This document shows positions 9,291 to 18,747 of a stretch of 64,000 nt of DNA, one piece after another; positions within the stretch are counted from its first letter, which is position 1; each line of letters starts with the position of its first letter. Origin of the DNA: Patescibacteria group bacterium (GTDB taxonomy: Bacteria; Patescibacteriota; Patescibacteriia; UBA9934); contig JBAZXR010000001.1 in the NCBI GenBank assembly GCA_041659765.1, positions 659,338 through 723,337 on the forward strand, written 5' to 3'. The notes beneath the pieces are model-generated. The model was not told the DNA's origin, searched no databases, and worked only from the letters and a program-made list of their open reading frames with translations. Made by a program: the position numbers and the translations under genes.

Positions 9291-10298
9291 GTGGCTAAGA
9301 AGAAATTACAAGTGGCGGTGACGGTAAACCAGCCGTTCATTCTAGAAAAGAACGGAAAATATTCTGGTTTTGAGATTGAGTTGTGGGAAATGATCGCCAA
9401 AGAAATGGGGGTCAAATTTTCCTACACTAAACATGCGTTCAAGGAACTGATTCCCCTCGTTGCAAGCAAAAAAGCAGACGTCGCCCTTGGTGCGATCACC
9501 ATTACGGAGAAGCGCGAAAAGATTGTTGATTTTTCACACCCTACGTTTAACTCAGGACTACGCATTTTGCTCTCAAAGAAACGCTCGCAGATAGACTTCG
9601 CCGGAACTATTCGAGCCTTCGTAACCCAAGGCTACAAACAACTAATAAAACCTGGACTCGCGTTATTGGTCATTACTATTCTGTTCGGCCACCTTTTGTG
9701 GCTGAGCGAACGAGCCGGTACAACCATCGACCCAACATATTTCCCGGGAGTTTTTCAAGCAATCTGGCTTTCGTTGAGTACGATTCTCGGGGCTGGCGAC
9801 TGGAATGGAGTCTACACTGCCAGTACGTGGTTCGGCCGTTCAGTCTTAACCCTGGAACAGCTCGCCAATCTAGCTGTGCTTGGTCTCTTCATTGGAGAAG
9901 TTACAGCATTTATTACGACGAGAAAAATCCGCCTCAACATCGAGGGACCGAACGGATTGAAGGGAAAGACCGTCGCAACAGTCCAAGGGACGACGAGCGA
10001 ACAGGTGCTGAAGGACCTCGGCGCAACTGTTGTACCAGTAACTAAGATTGACGAGGCCTACGAAAAACTCAAAAAGAACAAAGTAGAAGCAGTTGTCTTT
10101 GATGCGCCTGTGCTGCTGTACTACTCGTTAAACGAGGGCGCCGAATGGTCTGAAGTCGTGGGTGAATTATTCGATCCCCAAGACTACGGCGTCATGATGC
10201 AAGATGACAGCCCACTCCGCAAAGACGTAAACATCGCCATCCTGGCCCTTCGAGAAAGCGGAGCTTACGATGAACTATATAAGAAATGGTTCAGCTAA
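9291..10298 (+). CDS. ionotropic glutamate receptor-like ligand-gated channel (GluR0-type: solute-binding S1 - M1 - pore loop - M2 - S2)
   Basis: N-terminal SBP-family-3-like half (ITEKREKIVDFSHP). TM helix LALLVITILFGHLLWL. Pore-helix/filter-like FQAIWLSLSTILGAGDW. Second TM LAVLGLFIGEVTAFITT. C-terminal SBP half (TVATVQGTTSEQ...VFDAPVL). Confidence 0.6.
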   Translation: MAKKKLQVAVTVNQPFILEKNGKYSGFEIELWEMIAKEMGVKFSYTKHAFKELIPLVASKKADVALGAITITEKREKIVDFSHPTFNSGLRILLSKKRSQIDFAGTIRAFVTQGYKQLIKPGLALLVITILFGHLLWLSERAGTTIDPTYFPGVFQAIWLSLSTILGAGDWNGVYTASTWFGRSVLTLEQLANLAVLGLFIGEVTAFITTRKIRLNIEGPNGLKGKTVATVQGTTSEQVLKDLGATVVPVTKIDEAYEKLKKNKVEAVVFDAPVLLYYSLNEGAEWSEVVGELFDPQDYGVMMQDDSPLRKDVNIAILALRESGAYDELYKKWFS

Positions 10299-11101
10299 GA
10301 CCTAAGCGCCCTAACAACCAGACCAAGCAAGAAGAATGCGATCGCTACCAGTACAATCGTTCCACCGGTTGCCAGATGAAGGAAGAATGATAGACACAAG
10401 CCTGTGAACACGCTTAAAAGCGAGACACCAGCGGCCACGAGCGTGGTCTTTTTGAAGCCCAAATTAAGTTCCTGCGCGGCTAGGACCGGGATAACCATGA
10501 GCGCGCCCATAAGCAGAACGCCCACCACCTGCATGCCCACGGCTACCACCACTGCGGTGGCGATAGCTAGGAACAAGTTATACGCGTCTACCCGCATCCC
10601 CTGAGCGCGGGCGATATCTTCGTCGAAGGCAATCAAGAACAAGCCGCGGAATGACCAAACGAGACACGCTAGAACAGCCATCGAAGCAATTATTATAGCA
10701 ATCAGCTGAACAGCGCCCACCTGTCCGATATCACCGAACAAAAATTCGAGCGCTTCCACGTCTAACTGGCCCGAGGCGGACAAAATAACTACAGCCAGGG
10801 CCAAGCCGCCACTCATGACGACTGCAAGCGGAGCATCGCCGGACAGCACACCGCCACGCCGCTGAAGGCGTTGGATAATGACGGCAGCCAAGAGCGCGCA
10901 GACTACCGCGCCAATAATCGGATTCACGCCCAGGGCGATACCCATCGCCACACCAGAGAGCGAAGCGTGCGCCAAGGTGTCCGCAATCAAAGACTGACGC
11001 TTGACCGTCAAAAACATGCCGAGCACTGGCGCCACCGCACCCACGCAAAGCCCGGCTAAAAGGCCAAGTAAGGGAAAATCTGCGGGTAAGAAATTAATCA
11101 T
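10295..11101 (-). CDS. znuB: metal (Zn/Mn) ABC transporter permease, ABC-3 family
   Basis: Polytopic protein starting MINFLPADFPLLGLLAG. Typical ZnuB/MntB TM layout. Operon with an ATPase gene. Confidence 0.75.
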   Translation of the reverse strand: MINFLPADFPLLGLLAGLCVGAVAPVLGMFLTVKRQSLIADTLAHASLSGVAMGIALGVNPIIGAVVCALLAAVIIQRLQRRGGVLSGDAPLAVVMSGGLALAVVILSASGQLDVEALEFLFGDIGQVGAVQLIAIIIASMAVLACLVWSFRGLFLIAFDEDIARAQGMRVDAYNLFLAIATAVVVAVGMQVVGVLLMGALMVIPVLAAQELNLGFKKTTLVAAGVSLLSVFTGLCLSFFLHLATGGTIVLVAIAFFLLGLVVRALRS

Positions 11102-12134
11102 AGTTGTGTTTAGTAACTTTGCGGTTGGCGAAAATGTAAGCCGCGAGGACAGTCGAGATCGGCACGGCAAGAATTAGAGCTCCCCCGCCCACGAGCGCGC
11201 GCACAGCTTCTTCCATTATTTGTTCCGTGTTCAAGAGCACCCAGAGCGGTGGGTTATCTGGCATCGAGAACAAAAGAAAGATCGGGAACGAGGCGCCCAC
11301 ATACGCCAGGGCGAGCGTGTTCACGAGAGACGCAATATGTTCGCGACCAACCGAAATACCGCGCTGATACAATTCTTTGGCGGTTAGTCGATCGTTCGCA
11401 TTGTGAATCTCTTCGACGGACGCTACCTGTGCCGTGGTTACGTCGTCGAGAACACCTAGGGTACCGATAACCATAGCGCCGAGCAAAAGACCCTGTAGAT
11501 CAAGACCGTTCGCTACGCTCTGCTGAAGGAAGACTGCCTCTTCCGTGCCGCCACCAGACAAAGCAGCGAGTTTCACGGCAATAGCCGACAGCACAAAGGC
11601 AACAACTAAGGCGATCAACGTCGATCCGAGGGCAACGAAGCTTCTCAATTTAATCCCGTGCGACAACAGAATTGAAATCACCGCAATCATGGCCGCGCCC
11701 AAACCGCAAATTAAAATGGGATTCTCGCCAACGAATATTCGTGGCACTACAAAGACCATCAGCACTAACAAACTGACACCAAGTCCAAGCACGGCTCGGG
11801 CGCCTGAACCACGACCAAAAAAAGCAGCCAGGACAAAGAAAATAAGGAGAAAAATGCCGACAACAGGCAATCTGAAGCTATCAAGCACGTAGTAAGTATC
11901 ACCGCGCACGTCAGTGGTCTTAGCCATCACCACCTGTTCGCCGACATGAAGTTTTTGCCGCTCAAAACTGGCTGCTGCAGTAGAATACTCGGTATTCACT
12001 ACTTTGCCGTGCTCAGCACCGCTTTGGATTTCAAGCGTGACATCTTGGAACATCGTCGAGCCGCTAGCGTCGTTGACTGCACCTTCTTTACTGATGTTCA
12101 GCACCTTCCCACGGGCATAAAAAGAATTATCCAT
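11094..12134 (-). CDS. YibE/F-like polytopic membrane protein
   Basis: A ~120-aa soluble N-terminus followed by 7-8 TM helices. Lies between znuC and znuB with overlapping or abutting reading frames. Confidence 0.5.
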   Translation of the reverse strand: MDNSFYARGKVLNISKEGAVNDASGSTMFQDVTLEIQSGAEHGKVVNTEYSTAAASFERQKLHVGEQVVMAKTTDVRGDTYYVLDSFRLPVVGIFLLIFFVLAAFFGRGSGARAVLGLGVSLLVLMVFVVPRIFVGENPILICGLGAAMIAVISILLSHGIKLRSFVALGSTLIALVVAFVLSAIAVKLAALSGGGTEEAVFLQQSVANGLDLQGLLLGAMVIGTLGVLDDVTTAQVASVEEIHNANDRLTAKELYQRGISVGREHIASLVNTLALAYVGASFPIFLLFSMPDNPPLWVLLNTEQIMEEAVRALVGGGALILAVPISTVLAAYIFANRKVTKHNYD

Positions 12135-12135
12135 A

Positions 12136-12813
12136 TTATTTGTGCCCATGGATAAAGTGGGGATGATGCATGACTTCTTCTGTTGGACCATGACACACCA
12201 TGTGGCGGTTCAAGCAAAGTACCTCGTCGACCTCGTGGGCGACTACATCAATATCATGCGAAACGAGGATCACGGTTAGCTTGAGCTTATCTCGCAGTTC
12301 ACGAACAAAGTGAAAGAAATCCTCCTGGCCTTTAACATCCACCGCGCTTGTGGGTTCATCGAGCATAATCACCTTCGGCTCAGCCGCCAAAGCCCGCGCG
12401 ATGAGCACACGCTGACGCTCGCCGCCGGACAAAGTGCCGATTCTGCGAGCAAGCAAATGTCGAACGCCCGCGGCGTCAATTGCCCGAGCCAGAGCCTTCG
12501 CGTTTTTCTTAACCGGCGTTTGACCGCTTCTAATAATCTCATCCACCGTGGCGGGAAAATTCTCGCCCATCGCGTTCGCTCGCTGCGGAACGTACCCCAC
12601 GCGTGCCCGATCTACCTTGCACTCAACGGACCCCTCGCTAGGATCAATTAGTCCGAGCAGGATTTTAAGAAATGTCGTTTTGCCTCCCCCGTTCGGACCA
12701 ATAACGCCAAGATAAGCGCCTTCAGCGATATCAACCGTGACGCCGTCTAAAATGACGTTGCCGCCCACAGAATAGCCCAAGTCTTTGATAGAAAATGCTG
12801 GCGTCTTAGCCAT
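12136..12813 (-). CDS. znuC: metal ABC transporter ATP-binding protein
   Basis: Walker A GPNGGGKTT, signature LSGGERQR, Walker B IMLDEPT, and a His-rich C-terminus (HHPHFIHGH). Confidence 0.85.
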   Translation of the reverse strand: MAKTPAFSIKDLGYSVGGNVILDGVTVDIAEGAYLGVIGPNGGGKTTFLKILLGLIDPSEGSVECKVDRARVGYVPQRANAMGENFPATVDEIIRSGQTPVKKNAKALARAIDAAGVRHLLARRIGTLSGGERQRVLIARALAAEPKVIMLDEPTSAVDVKGQEDFFHFVRELRDKLKLTVILVSHDIDVVAHEVDEVLCLNRHMVCHGPTEEVMHHPHFIHGHK

Positions 12814-12831
12814 AGAGATAGTGACAGTATA

Positions 12832-13512
12832 TTACCCTTTCGCCAGGGTCAAAAATTTAACGTGCTCGACACCCGCTTCTTTCAAGGTCCGTTCGGCGGC
12901 TTTCATAGTGGAACCGGTAGTCCAGACGTCGTCGATGAGAACCACTCCACCCTCCGACCCCCTGACCTGAACCTCCTCCGACTCCTCCTTGGAAAGGAGG
13001 AGAGAAGCGAGCCTGAACGGACTACGCGTCATGGCCGTTTCGCGTTCTTCCACCGTGCGTTCGGCCTGGTGGCCTTTTGTTTCTTCCCGGCGTAGTAGTT
13101 CATGCATTTGTGCGCCAGTGGTCGTGGCGAGCCACGACCCCACAGCCGCGGCCTGATTGAATCCACGCTCACGCAGACGTAACGGGGCTAATGGCACGGG
13201 CACGAGAATCGACTCGCCAATAAATGACTTTACTGTTTCTATCTTCGGTTCGGCGAGCTTCTGGAGGATACGAAACGCGGAATGGTCGAACTCGTATTTG
13301 TAAGCTTTAATAAGGTCACGAATAATGGGGTTGCCGTACGCGAACATGGTCAAGTGGTTGTCCTCGACCTTGAATACACGGTCGTCGAAGGCAGCGAAAC
13401 ATGAGGGACAGAGCAGTGCGCCCTCCGCTTTGCACGAAACACAATAACGGGGAAAGACCGCGTCTAAAAACGGTTCAATTATTCGCCCCAAGAAAAATCG
13501 TTGACTTTCCAT
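12832..13512 (-). CDS. comFC: ComF family protein (ComFC-type phosphoribosyltransferase-fold competence protein)
   Basis: N-terminal zinc ribbon (CVSCKAEGALLCPSC) and a C-terminal PRTase motif (VVLIDDVWTTGSTM). Confidence 0.75.
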   Translation of the reverse strand: MESQRFFLGRIIEPFLDAVFPRYCVSCKAEGALLCPSCFAAFDDRVFKVEDNHLTMFAYGNPIIRDLIKAYKYEFDHSAFRILQKLAEPKIETVKSFIGESILVPVPLAPLRLRERGFNQAAAVGSWLATTTGAQMHELLRREETKGHQAERTVEERETAMTRSPFRLASLLLSKEESEEVQVRGSEGGVVLIDDVWTTGSTMKAAERTLKEAGVEHVKFLTLAKG

Positions 13513-14039
13513 GTATCGCCCTCCTTTATCAGCCTAACCGTGATGTCTTGATAGCGTACCTTAGTGTTGCTTGGATTTCCTATTGCCTCGACCCGCTGGG
13601 TGCTGACTATAATAGTGGCGCTCGAGTTGGATTCCTCGACCGTCTTCTGAGAGATAACTTTGGTCGAGATGCCGTAATAAGCTGAACTAGACTGGGCGGC
13701 GCGCTGATCCTGGGCAACGCTCTGTAAGCTAGTCGCCAGAGTAGATGTAACGAGAGGCAGAACATCGGTCACGTTTGCAAAGTCTGATTCCGAGGAGTAG
13801 CTAGCAAAGCGCTCAACGAAAATCATCGTCGTCGTCTGCGGATTAGCTACGGGGATTGCCTCGGGAGCAACTGGCGTCTCTGTTGCGGGAGTTGTCGTCG
13901 AAGTTGATGGCTGAGAAGGTTCTTGGTTACTGGTTGCAGGTTGCGGGTTAGACCCTGGTCGCAAAAAGATCGCGAGTAGCACGATAATCAACAAGACTAG
14001 GACACCAACCGCCAGACCGATTTCTGTTTTTCTAGTCAT
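13479..14039 (-). CDS. membrane-anchored protein with Pro/Thr-rich linker and C-terminal globular domain (possible VirB8-like component)
   Basis: N-terminal TM helix (LAVGVLVLLIIVLLAIFL), a PT-rich linker, and a ~120-aa C-terminal domain. Directly downstream of VirB4. Confidence 0.45.
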   Translation of the reverse strand: MTRKTEIGLAVGVLVLLIIVLLAIFLRPGSNPQPATSNQEPSQPSTSTTTPATETPVAPEAIPVANPQTTTMIFVERFASYSSESDFANVTDVLPLVTSTLATSLQSVAQDQRAAQSSSAYYGISTKVISQKTVEESNSSATIIVSTQRVEAIGNPSNTKVRYQDITVRLIKEGDTWKVNDFSWGE

Positions 14040-14042
14040 ACA

Positions 14043-15962
14043 TTATTTCTTAGCCCCTTCGCCTTGGAGCGACTTCTGCAATTCTTCACGAGCGCGCTCG
14101 ATCTTCAAGAGCTGCTCCGGATTAGTCGTAATGATTTGATCTTCCGTGTAAGACGCGACAATCTTAATAGCCGCATGCTTCTGGCCGGCAAAGAAAATGC
14201 CTTCGCCAATGGCCGCTTCGAGCAACAAATACTTTTCGCTCTGAGTGAGGTTGAACGTGTTAGCAATAGTATCAATACCGGCCGGTGATTGCTTGAGCAG
14301 AATCTGCATGGACGAGTTTGTCACAATGGCCTGGCCGTACTGGCTGCGCAGGAAGTCATTCACGTCTTGGGTAATTGTCGTGACTCCGAGATAGTATTTT
14401 CGAGCCCGCTTGACGAGGGCGAAGATAAACTTGGCCGAGTCCTCATTTTGCATGAGCCACCAGGCTTCGTCGATGGTCAGAATGCGTTTCTTGCGCTCCG
14501 AACGCACCACGTTCCAGATGTAGTTAACAATCGTGTAAATAGCCATCGGACGGAGCTCGTCTTCAAGATCGCGAACGGAGAAGATGACGAGCTGGTTGCG
14601 CATCTCAACGGTAGTGGGCGAGTTCAAGAGTCCAGCGAAGGTTCCTGAAGTGAACTTCGTTAAACGCGCCACCAGGTTCTCACCGCCTTCCATGCCTTCC
14701 AGAATTTCGACGAGGTCAGACAAGGTTGGATACTCCGTTATGCCCGCCATGCTAGGCAAATCAGCAGTAATGTCTTTTTTCGCGTAGGTTTCGAGCAGTG
14801 CTCGGTCCAGTAGCGAATCTTCCTCTGGCGTAAAACCAAGTACCGCCTTCTCCCCCATCGGTTTACCGATCATGATACGCAACAAGCCTTTGATCGTAAT
14901 AACCGCACTGCGTAGAATGTCTTCAACAGAGGTCTCTTCGCCTTTTGGTCGCGGGAGATCGAAGGGGTTAATGCGCGCTTCACTCGACAGCGATACATTC
15001 ACATACGTACCGCCGACAGCATCAGACAGCTGGCGATATTCCATTTCCGGGTCAATAACAATCACGTCCGTGCCCATCATCATGGAGCGGAGGATTTCGA
15101 GTTTAACGCAATAGCTCTTACCCGCACCAGACGTAGCGAAAACAATCGAGTTCGCATTTTGGAGCGAGAAACGATCGAACAAAATCAACGAGTTGTTGTG
15201 GCGGTTAATGCCGTAAAGAATGCCGTTATCGCTCGACACGTCAGACGAGATGAACGGAAACGAGCTCGCGATAGGCGAGGTGTTCATGTTAAACGGAATC
15301 TGCAGTTCGTCATTACAGAGTGGCAGCGTCGAGTTGAAACCTTGTTCAGCCTGGTACAGCCCACGCTTAGAGTAGATAAGTTTGCCGCCGAAAATAGCCT
15401 CGATCTCCTCGGTTCTCTTGTCGAGGTTCTCCTTAGTATCCGAATACATGGTCACGTAAAAAGCAAATTGGAAAAAGTGTTCAATACCCTGCGTTAAGTC
15501 GTCACGCAGTTGCTCTACGTCGCGCAACGCCGTCTCCTGAATAGGATCACGGGGCTTGCCGGTTTCATTATCGGACACGATCTGCGATTCGATCTGACCT
15601 ACTTTATCGCGCAGTTGTTTCAAAATAACTTCGGCTTTCACTGGGTACACAAACATGCCGATGTCGATCGTCCCCTTAAAGTTAATGATCGGCGCGCCCC
15701 AGCCGATACCAACGTATCGAGGATATGTGGTAACAAAGAGGGTTCGACAAAATCTGTCGCCCACTACTAGGTACGTCGATTGGACTTCGAAAGCCGCTGG
15801 CGCAATTAGATCACGAACGCTAACTGTGCCTCGCCTAAAAGACCGCTCTTCCTCAAGAGTAGCCCGCTCATCAGCCGACTTCATTTCTTGGGGCGAAAGC
15901 TTGCGAGCTGTTTTGACCGCGCTCGTGGGCTGGCGTTTTAGATCCTCTACGTTAAAAGCCAT
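14043..15962 (-). CDS. virB4: type IV secretion/conjugation ATPase, VirB4/TrbE/PrgJ family (ATPase domain)
   Basis: Walker A FATSGAGKS, the TIDEAW motif, and the VirB4 C-terminal architecture. Confidence 0.85.
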   Translation of the reverse strand: MAFNVEDLKRQPTSAVKTARKLSPQEMKSADERATLEEERSFRRGTVSVRDLIAPAAFEVQSTYLVVGDRFCRTLFVTTYPRYVGIGWGAPIINFKGTIDIGMFVYPVKAEVILKQLRDKVGQIESQIVSDNETGKPRDPIQETALRDVEQLRDDLTQGIEHFFQFAFYVTMYSDTKENLDKRTEEIEAIFGGKLIYSKRGLYQAEQGFNSTLPLCNDELQIPFNMNTSPIASSFPFISSDVSSDNGILYGINRHNNSLILFDRFSLQNANSIVFATSGAGKSYCVKLEILRSMMMGTDVIVIDPEMEYRQLSDAVGGTYVNVSLSSEARINPFDLPRPKGEETSVEDILRSAVITIKGLLRIMIGKPMGEKAVLGFTPEEDSLLDRALLETYAKKDITADLPSMAGITEYPTLSDLVEILEGMEGGENLVARLTKFTSGTFAGLLNSPTTVEMRNQLVIFSVRDLEDELRPMAIYTIVNYIWNVVRSERKKRILTIDEAWWLMQNEDSAKFIFALVKRARKYYLGVTTITQDVNDFLRSQYGQAIVTNSSMQILLKQSPAGIDTIANTFNLTQSEKYLLLEAAIGEGIFFAGQKHAAIKIVASYTEDQIITTNPEQLLKIERAREELQKSLQGEGAKK

Positions 15963-15963
15963 A

Positions 15964-16659
15964 TTAGAAGCGGGTGTCTACCTGCAATTTATCAATCGGC
16001 GCCAACTTTTGTTCTTCAGAAGCACCAGGGTTGTACGAATTGTAGTAGAGCTCGATCAATCCCTGCGTATCCAACTGAACTACCTGAAGTCCCATGCTCT
16101 GCAAACCGCCGGCAATATTTCCCACGCGTTGGTTCAACACATCTTTGCGATCCTTAAACTGTTTATTGTTCAGCTTCAAGATGGCGGCTGGAGAAATGGC
16201 TGCTTGCAATTTCTGCATAAAACCGCTCTTCTTGCCGGCTTCCAGCGGGTCATACGGAATAATGCAAAAGAATCGCTTCTGCATGATTTCGCCGAGCTCA
16301 ACCAGCTCCGTCACGAACGACATGTAATCCCTAATCTGGCCGCGCAAAAGTTCATTAGTAATAGTCTCCTCCTGGGACTTCATTTTCATCATGTACGCGT
16401 CCACGTTCATCTTGCGCGACTGGATACAAATCTGGATTGGATGTTCGAGCCCATTCAAGAACTGCATGTAGCCCTGAATGGTGGCCTGCTGTTCATCTTC
16501 GCTCTTAAGCGCGAAGTTAATGCTCGACACCAGTAGAACCGCACGCAGAGTGCCATCTTTCATAACCACCGCGTCTTCCCTGATTTCCGCAATATCAAGA
16601 AACCGCTGGGTTGGCGGACCCACTTTTGGTTTTGCGAGTTTATTGACCGATGTTGCCAT
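15964..16659 (-). CDS. VirB4 N-terminal-domain-like protein (probable split VirB4, translationally coupled)
   Basis: Its stop lies 1 nt from the virB4 ATG. The 231-aa size matches the VirB4 N-terminal domain that the 639-aa ATPase ORF lacks. Confidence 0.45.
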   Translation of the reverse strand: MATSVNKLAKPKVGPPTQRFLDIAEIREDAVVMKDGTLRAVLLVSSINFALKSEDEQQATIQGYMQFLNGLEHPIQICIQSRKMNVDAYMMKMKSQEETITNELLRGQIRDYMSFVTELVELGEIMQKRFFCIIPYDPLEAGKKSGFMQKLQAAISPAAILKLNNKQFKDRKDVLNQRVGNIAGGLQSMGLQVVQLDTQGLIELYYNSYNPGASEEQKLAPIDKLQVDTRF

Positions 16660-16665
16660 AAGACG

Positions 16666-17106
16666 CTACTCATCTCCCGAATAAACTCCGCCGGTATTCA
16701 CCACCAACGTCAGTTCAGACAGACGCGATCCTTCGAGCGGAGCCTTTCTGATTTTTGATTCGACCGGAGGTGGGGCTTCTTGGAGCATCAACACTTTAAG
16801 TTCACCGTCAGACAAAGTTTTATCCCAGACGCGCTTACCAGGGCGCCGGATAGTCTGGATGACGTTAATCACAATCACGTGAAAAGGCTGGCCGTTTACT
16901 TTGCCAAAGGCGAATATACCGCCAAGCGCACTCGTGGGTAGCGCAGTGGCAATCAAGAACGGAATGTTATTGGCGAAAAGCCGGTAAAAAACAAAGTCTA
17001 CCAGCACTACCACTAACATAATAATAAACTGCCGAGCCGTAATCGGGCCGATGATCCTTGGTTCGATATCAAGAAATTGCGGAACAACAAATTGATTCCT
17101 CGGCAT
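16666..17106 (-). CDS. PrgI/VirB3-like small membrane protein
   Basis: 146 aa with two TM helices (FIIMLVVVLVDFVFY; FLIATALPTSALGGIFAF), immediately upstream of the VirB4 genes. Confidence 0.45.
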   Translation of the reverse strand: MPRNQFVVPQFLDIEPRIIGPITARQFIIMLVVVLVDFVFYRLFANNIPFLIATALPTSALGGIFAFGKVNGQPFHVIVINVIQTIRRPGKRVWDKTLSDGELKVLMLQEAPPPVESKIRKAPLEGSRLSELTLVVNTGGVYSGDE

Positions 17107-17121
17107 GCGTATATTCTACCA

Positions 17122-18729
17122 TCAAAAACGTAACTTCGCGTTCAGTCCTATAATAGCCTTAATCTCCGCCGGACTCAGACAATCTTTCTTTTCTTTGCGG
17201 CGCTTACTACAAACGTCCGGAATAGACATGCTATTTGATAAAGCTTCTTCGGAAATCTCCAAATACATCTGGTTGAGCGGACTCTTGCGCCAAGCATTAA
17301 TGCCATTGACTCTCTCCTCGTAGCCAGTAGCTAAGAGCGCTGTCAACAAATCCTCCACCTTCCTTGCCCCTTCAGCCGGGTCGCTCGACATGCGGCGGAA
17401 TTCGATAGTCGACAAGTTCTTGATTTGGTCGACCGGGCCCATTAGCCGAGAAGCAGCCACCACGTCCGTCAGTTTCCTATCCACGGCCTTCGGCGCCACA
17501 CTGCCCACGGTCAACTCCGCCTTAGCTGGTCTAGGTTTTAATGGAATAATCTTCTTCTCTGCCGGCGCCTGCGTGTCACGAGCAGCCGAAACCCTGGCTC
17601 CCGGCATGATTGGCGACACCGAATCCTCCGGCTGTGTCTTCGTCACCTCTGCGAACTTTTGATCCATTGCGACTGATTCTTGCGAATCAGTTATTGCGGG
17701 GTTTAAAACCCCGCCTTTTTCGATCTTCTTTTCGCCGTCATATTGTTTCTTCCCCATCGCCAGCGCTTCCAAAACAACCCGCAGATCAGCACCTTCTAGT
17801 TTATATTCTTGCTCCATGATATCCCTGGTCTGTCCCGGTTCACGCACACCGCGGATATTTTTTTCGACGAGCGCCCTAAACTTCTCGAGCGGAATATTCT
17901 TAGCGAGCACGATCTCCTTCGCTGCATCGAGTGTTGCGTCAACTGCCATCTTCAATCGATCCATCGTCACCGGAACTTCAGCCGCTAATGCTGTCGATGG
18001 GGCGATTTCGACGGCTTGCGATGGCGCATCCGGAGTCACCGCGGGGTTTAAAACCCCGCCTTCTTCCGGCTCCTCCGTCGCCTTCTCCGCCTTCTCCCTC
18101 TCCGCTTCCAGCTTCTTCCAATCTTCTTCTGACACAATTTCAATATACGGCGCTTCGCGTTCTACTTCAGCAAGCAAGGCATCCACTTTTTCTTTAGACA
18201 GTGCAAGTCCGCCGATAGTTAATGGCCGGCCAAAAAAGGTCTTCAGCGCCTCGGCGTCCTTCTCCCCCTTCACACGCCCCTCAATGAGCAGGCCGAGACG
18301 TTTAACGAGCACATCAGAAAACCCAAGACCCGCGGCCTCGTCCATTCTTTTAGACCACAGAAAGGCAGAAATTTTCTCTTTGCCGATTGGTCTAGCTGGA
18401 TGGTCTTCAACCTTTCCACCCCAAGCAATAATCTGTTCGCGAATCCCCGGAACGAAAGATTCAAGCGGCAAAATTCGATAGCCAAAAATATCCGCCGAAA
18501 TCTTCTTAGACGTCGCCTCATCCTTACCAAAGGCCTGACCGATAATTCCCGGAACCTCGGCCATGGGCAACGTTCCATCAATAACCGCGTTACACAAATC
18601 AAGAAACTCCGGCGCCCGCTCAGTTGGTAATTCATTCTTTGCCGCTACATCCCTAAACTCAGCAAGGACCTTGCCATCAAAGAGAAAAGACCGGACTGGT
18701 GGTATTTTGAGAAGGTCAACAATTGCCAT
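17122..18729 (-). CDS. hypothetical T4SS-cluster protein with internal GGVLNPA repeats
   Basis: 535-aa charged/coiled-coil-rich protein. Contains two in-frame copies of the palindrome gcggggtttaaaaccccgc. Confidence 0.5.
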   Translation of the reverse strand: MAIVDLLKIPPVRSFLFDGKVLAEFRDVAAKNELPTERAPEFLDLCNAVIDGTLPMAEVPGIIGQAFGKDEATSKKISADIFGYRILPLESFVPGIREQIIAWGGKVEDHPARPIGKEKISAFLWSKRMDEAAGLGFSDVLVKRLGLLIEGRVKGEKDAEALKTFFGRPLTIGGLALSKEKVDALLAEVEREAPYIEIVSEEDWKKLEAEREKAEKATEEPEEGGVLNPAVTPDAPSQAVEIAPSTALAAEVPVTMDRLKMAVDATLDAAKEIVLAKNIPLEKFRALVEKNIRGVREPGQTRDIMEQEYKLEGADLRVVLEALAMGKKQYDGEKKIEKGGVLNPAITDSQESVAMDQKFAEVTKTQPEDSVSPIMPGARVSAARDTQAPAEKKIIPLKPRPAKAELTVGSVAPKAVDRKLTDVVAASRLMGPVDQIKNLSTIEFRRMSSDPAEGARKVEDLLTALLATGYEERVNGINAWRKSPLNQMYLEISEEALSNSMSIPDVCSKRRKEKKDCLSPAEIKAIIGLNAKLRF

Positions 18730-18747
18730 ACGGCGCGATACTCACGA

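Noticed and set aside
15655-16536. 293-aa plus-strand ORF antisense to the VirB4 genes
   Set aside because: Antisense to two tightly coupled, motif-bearing genes, and shows no sequence features of its own.
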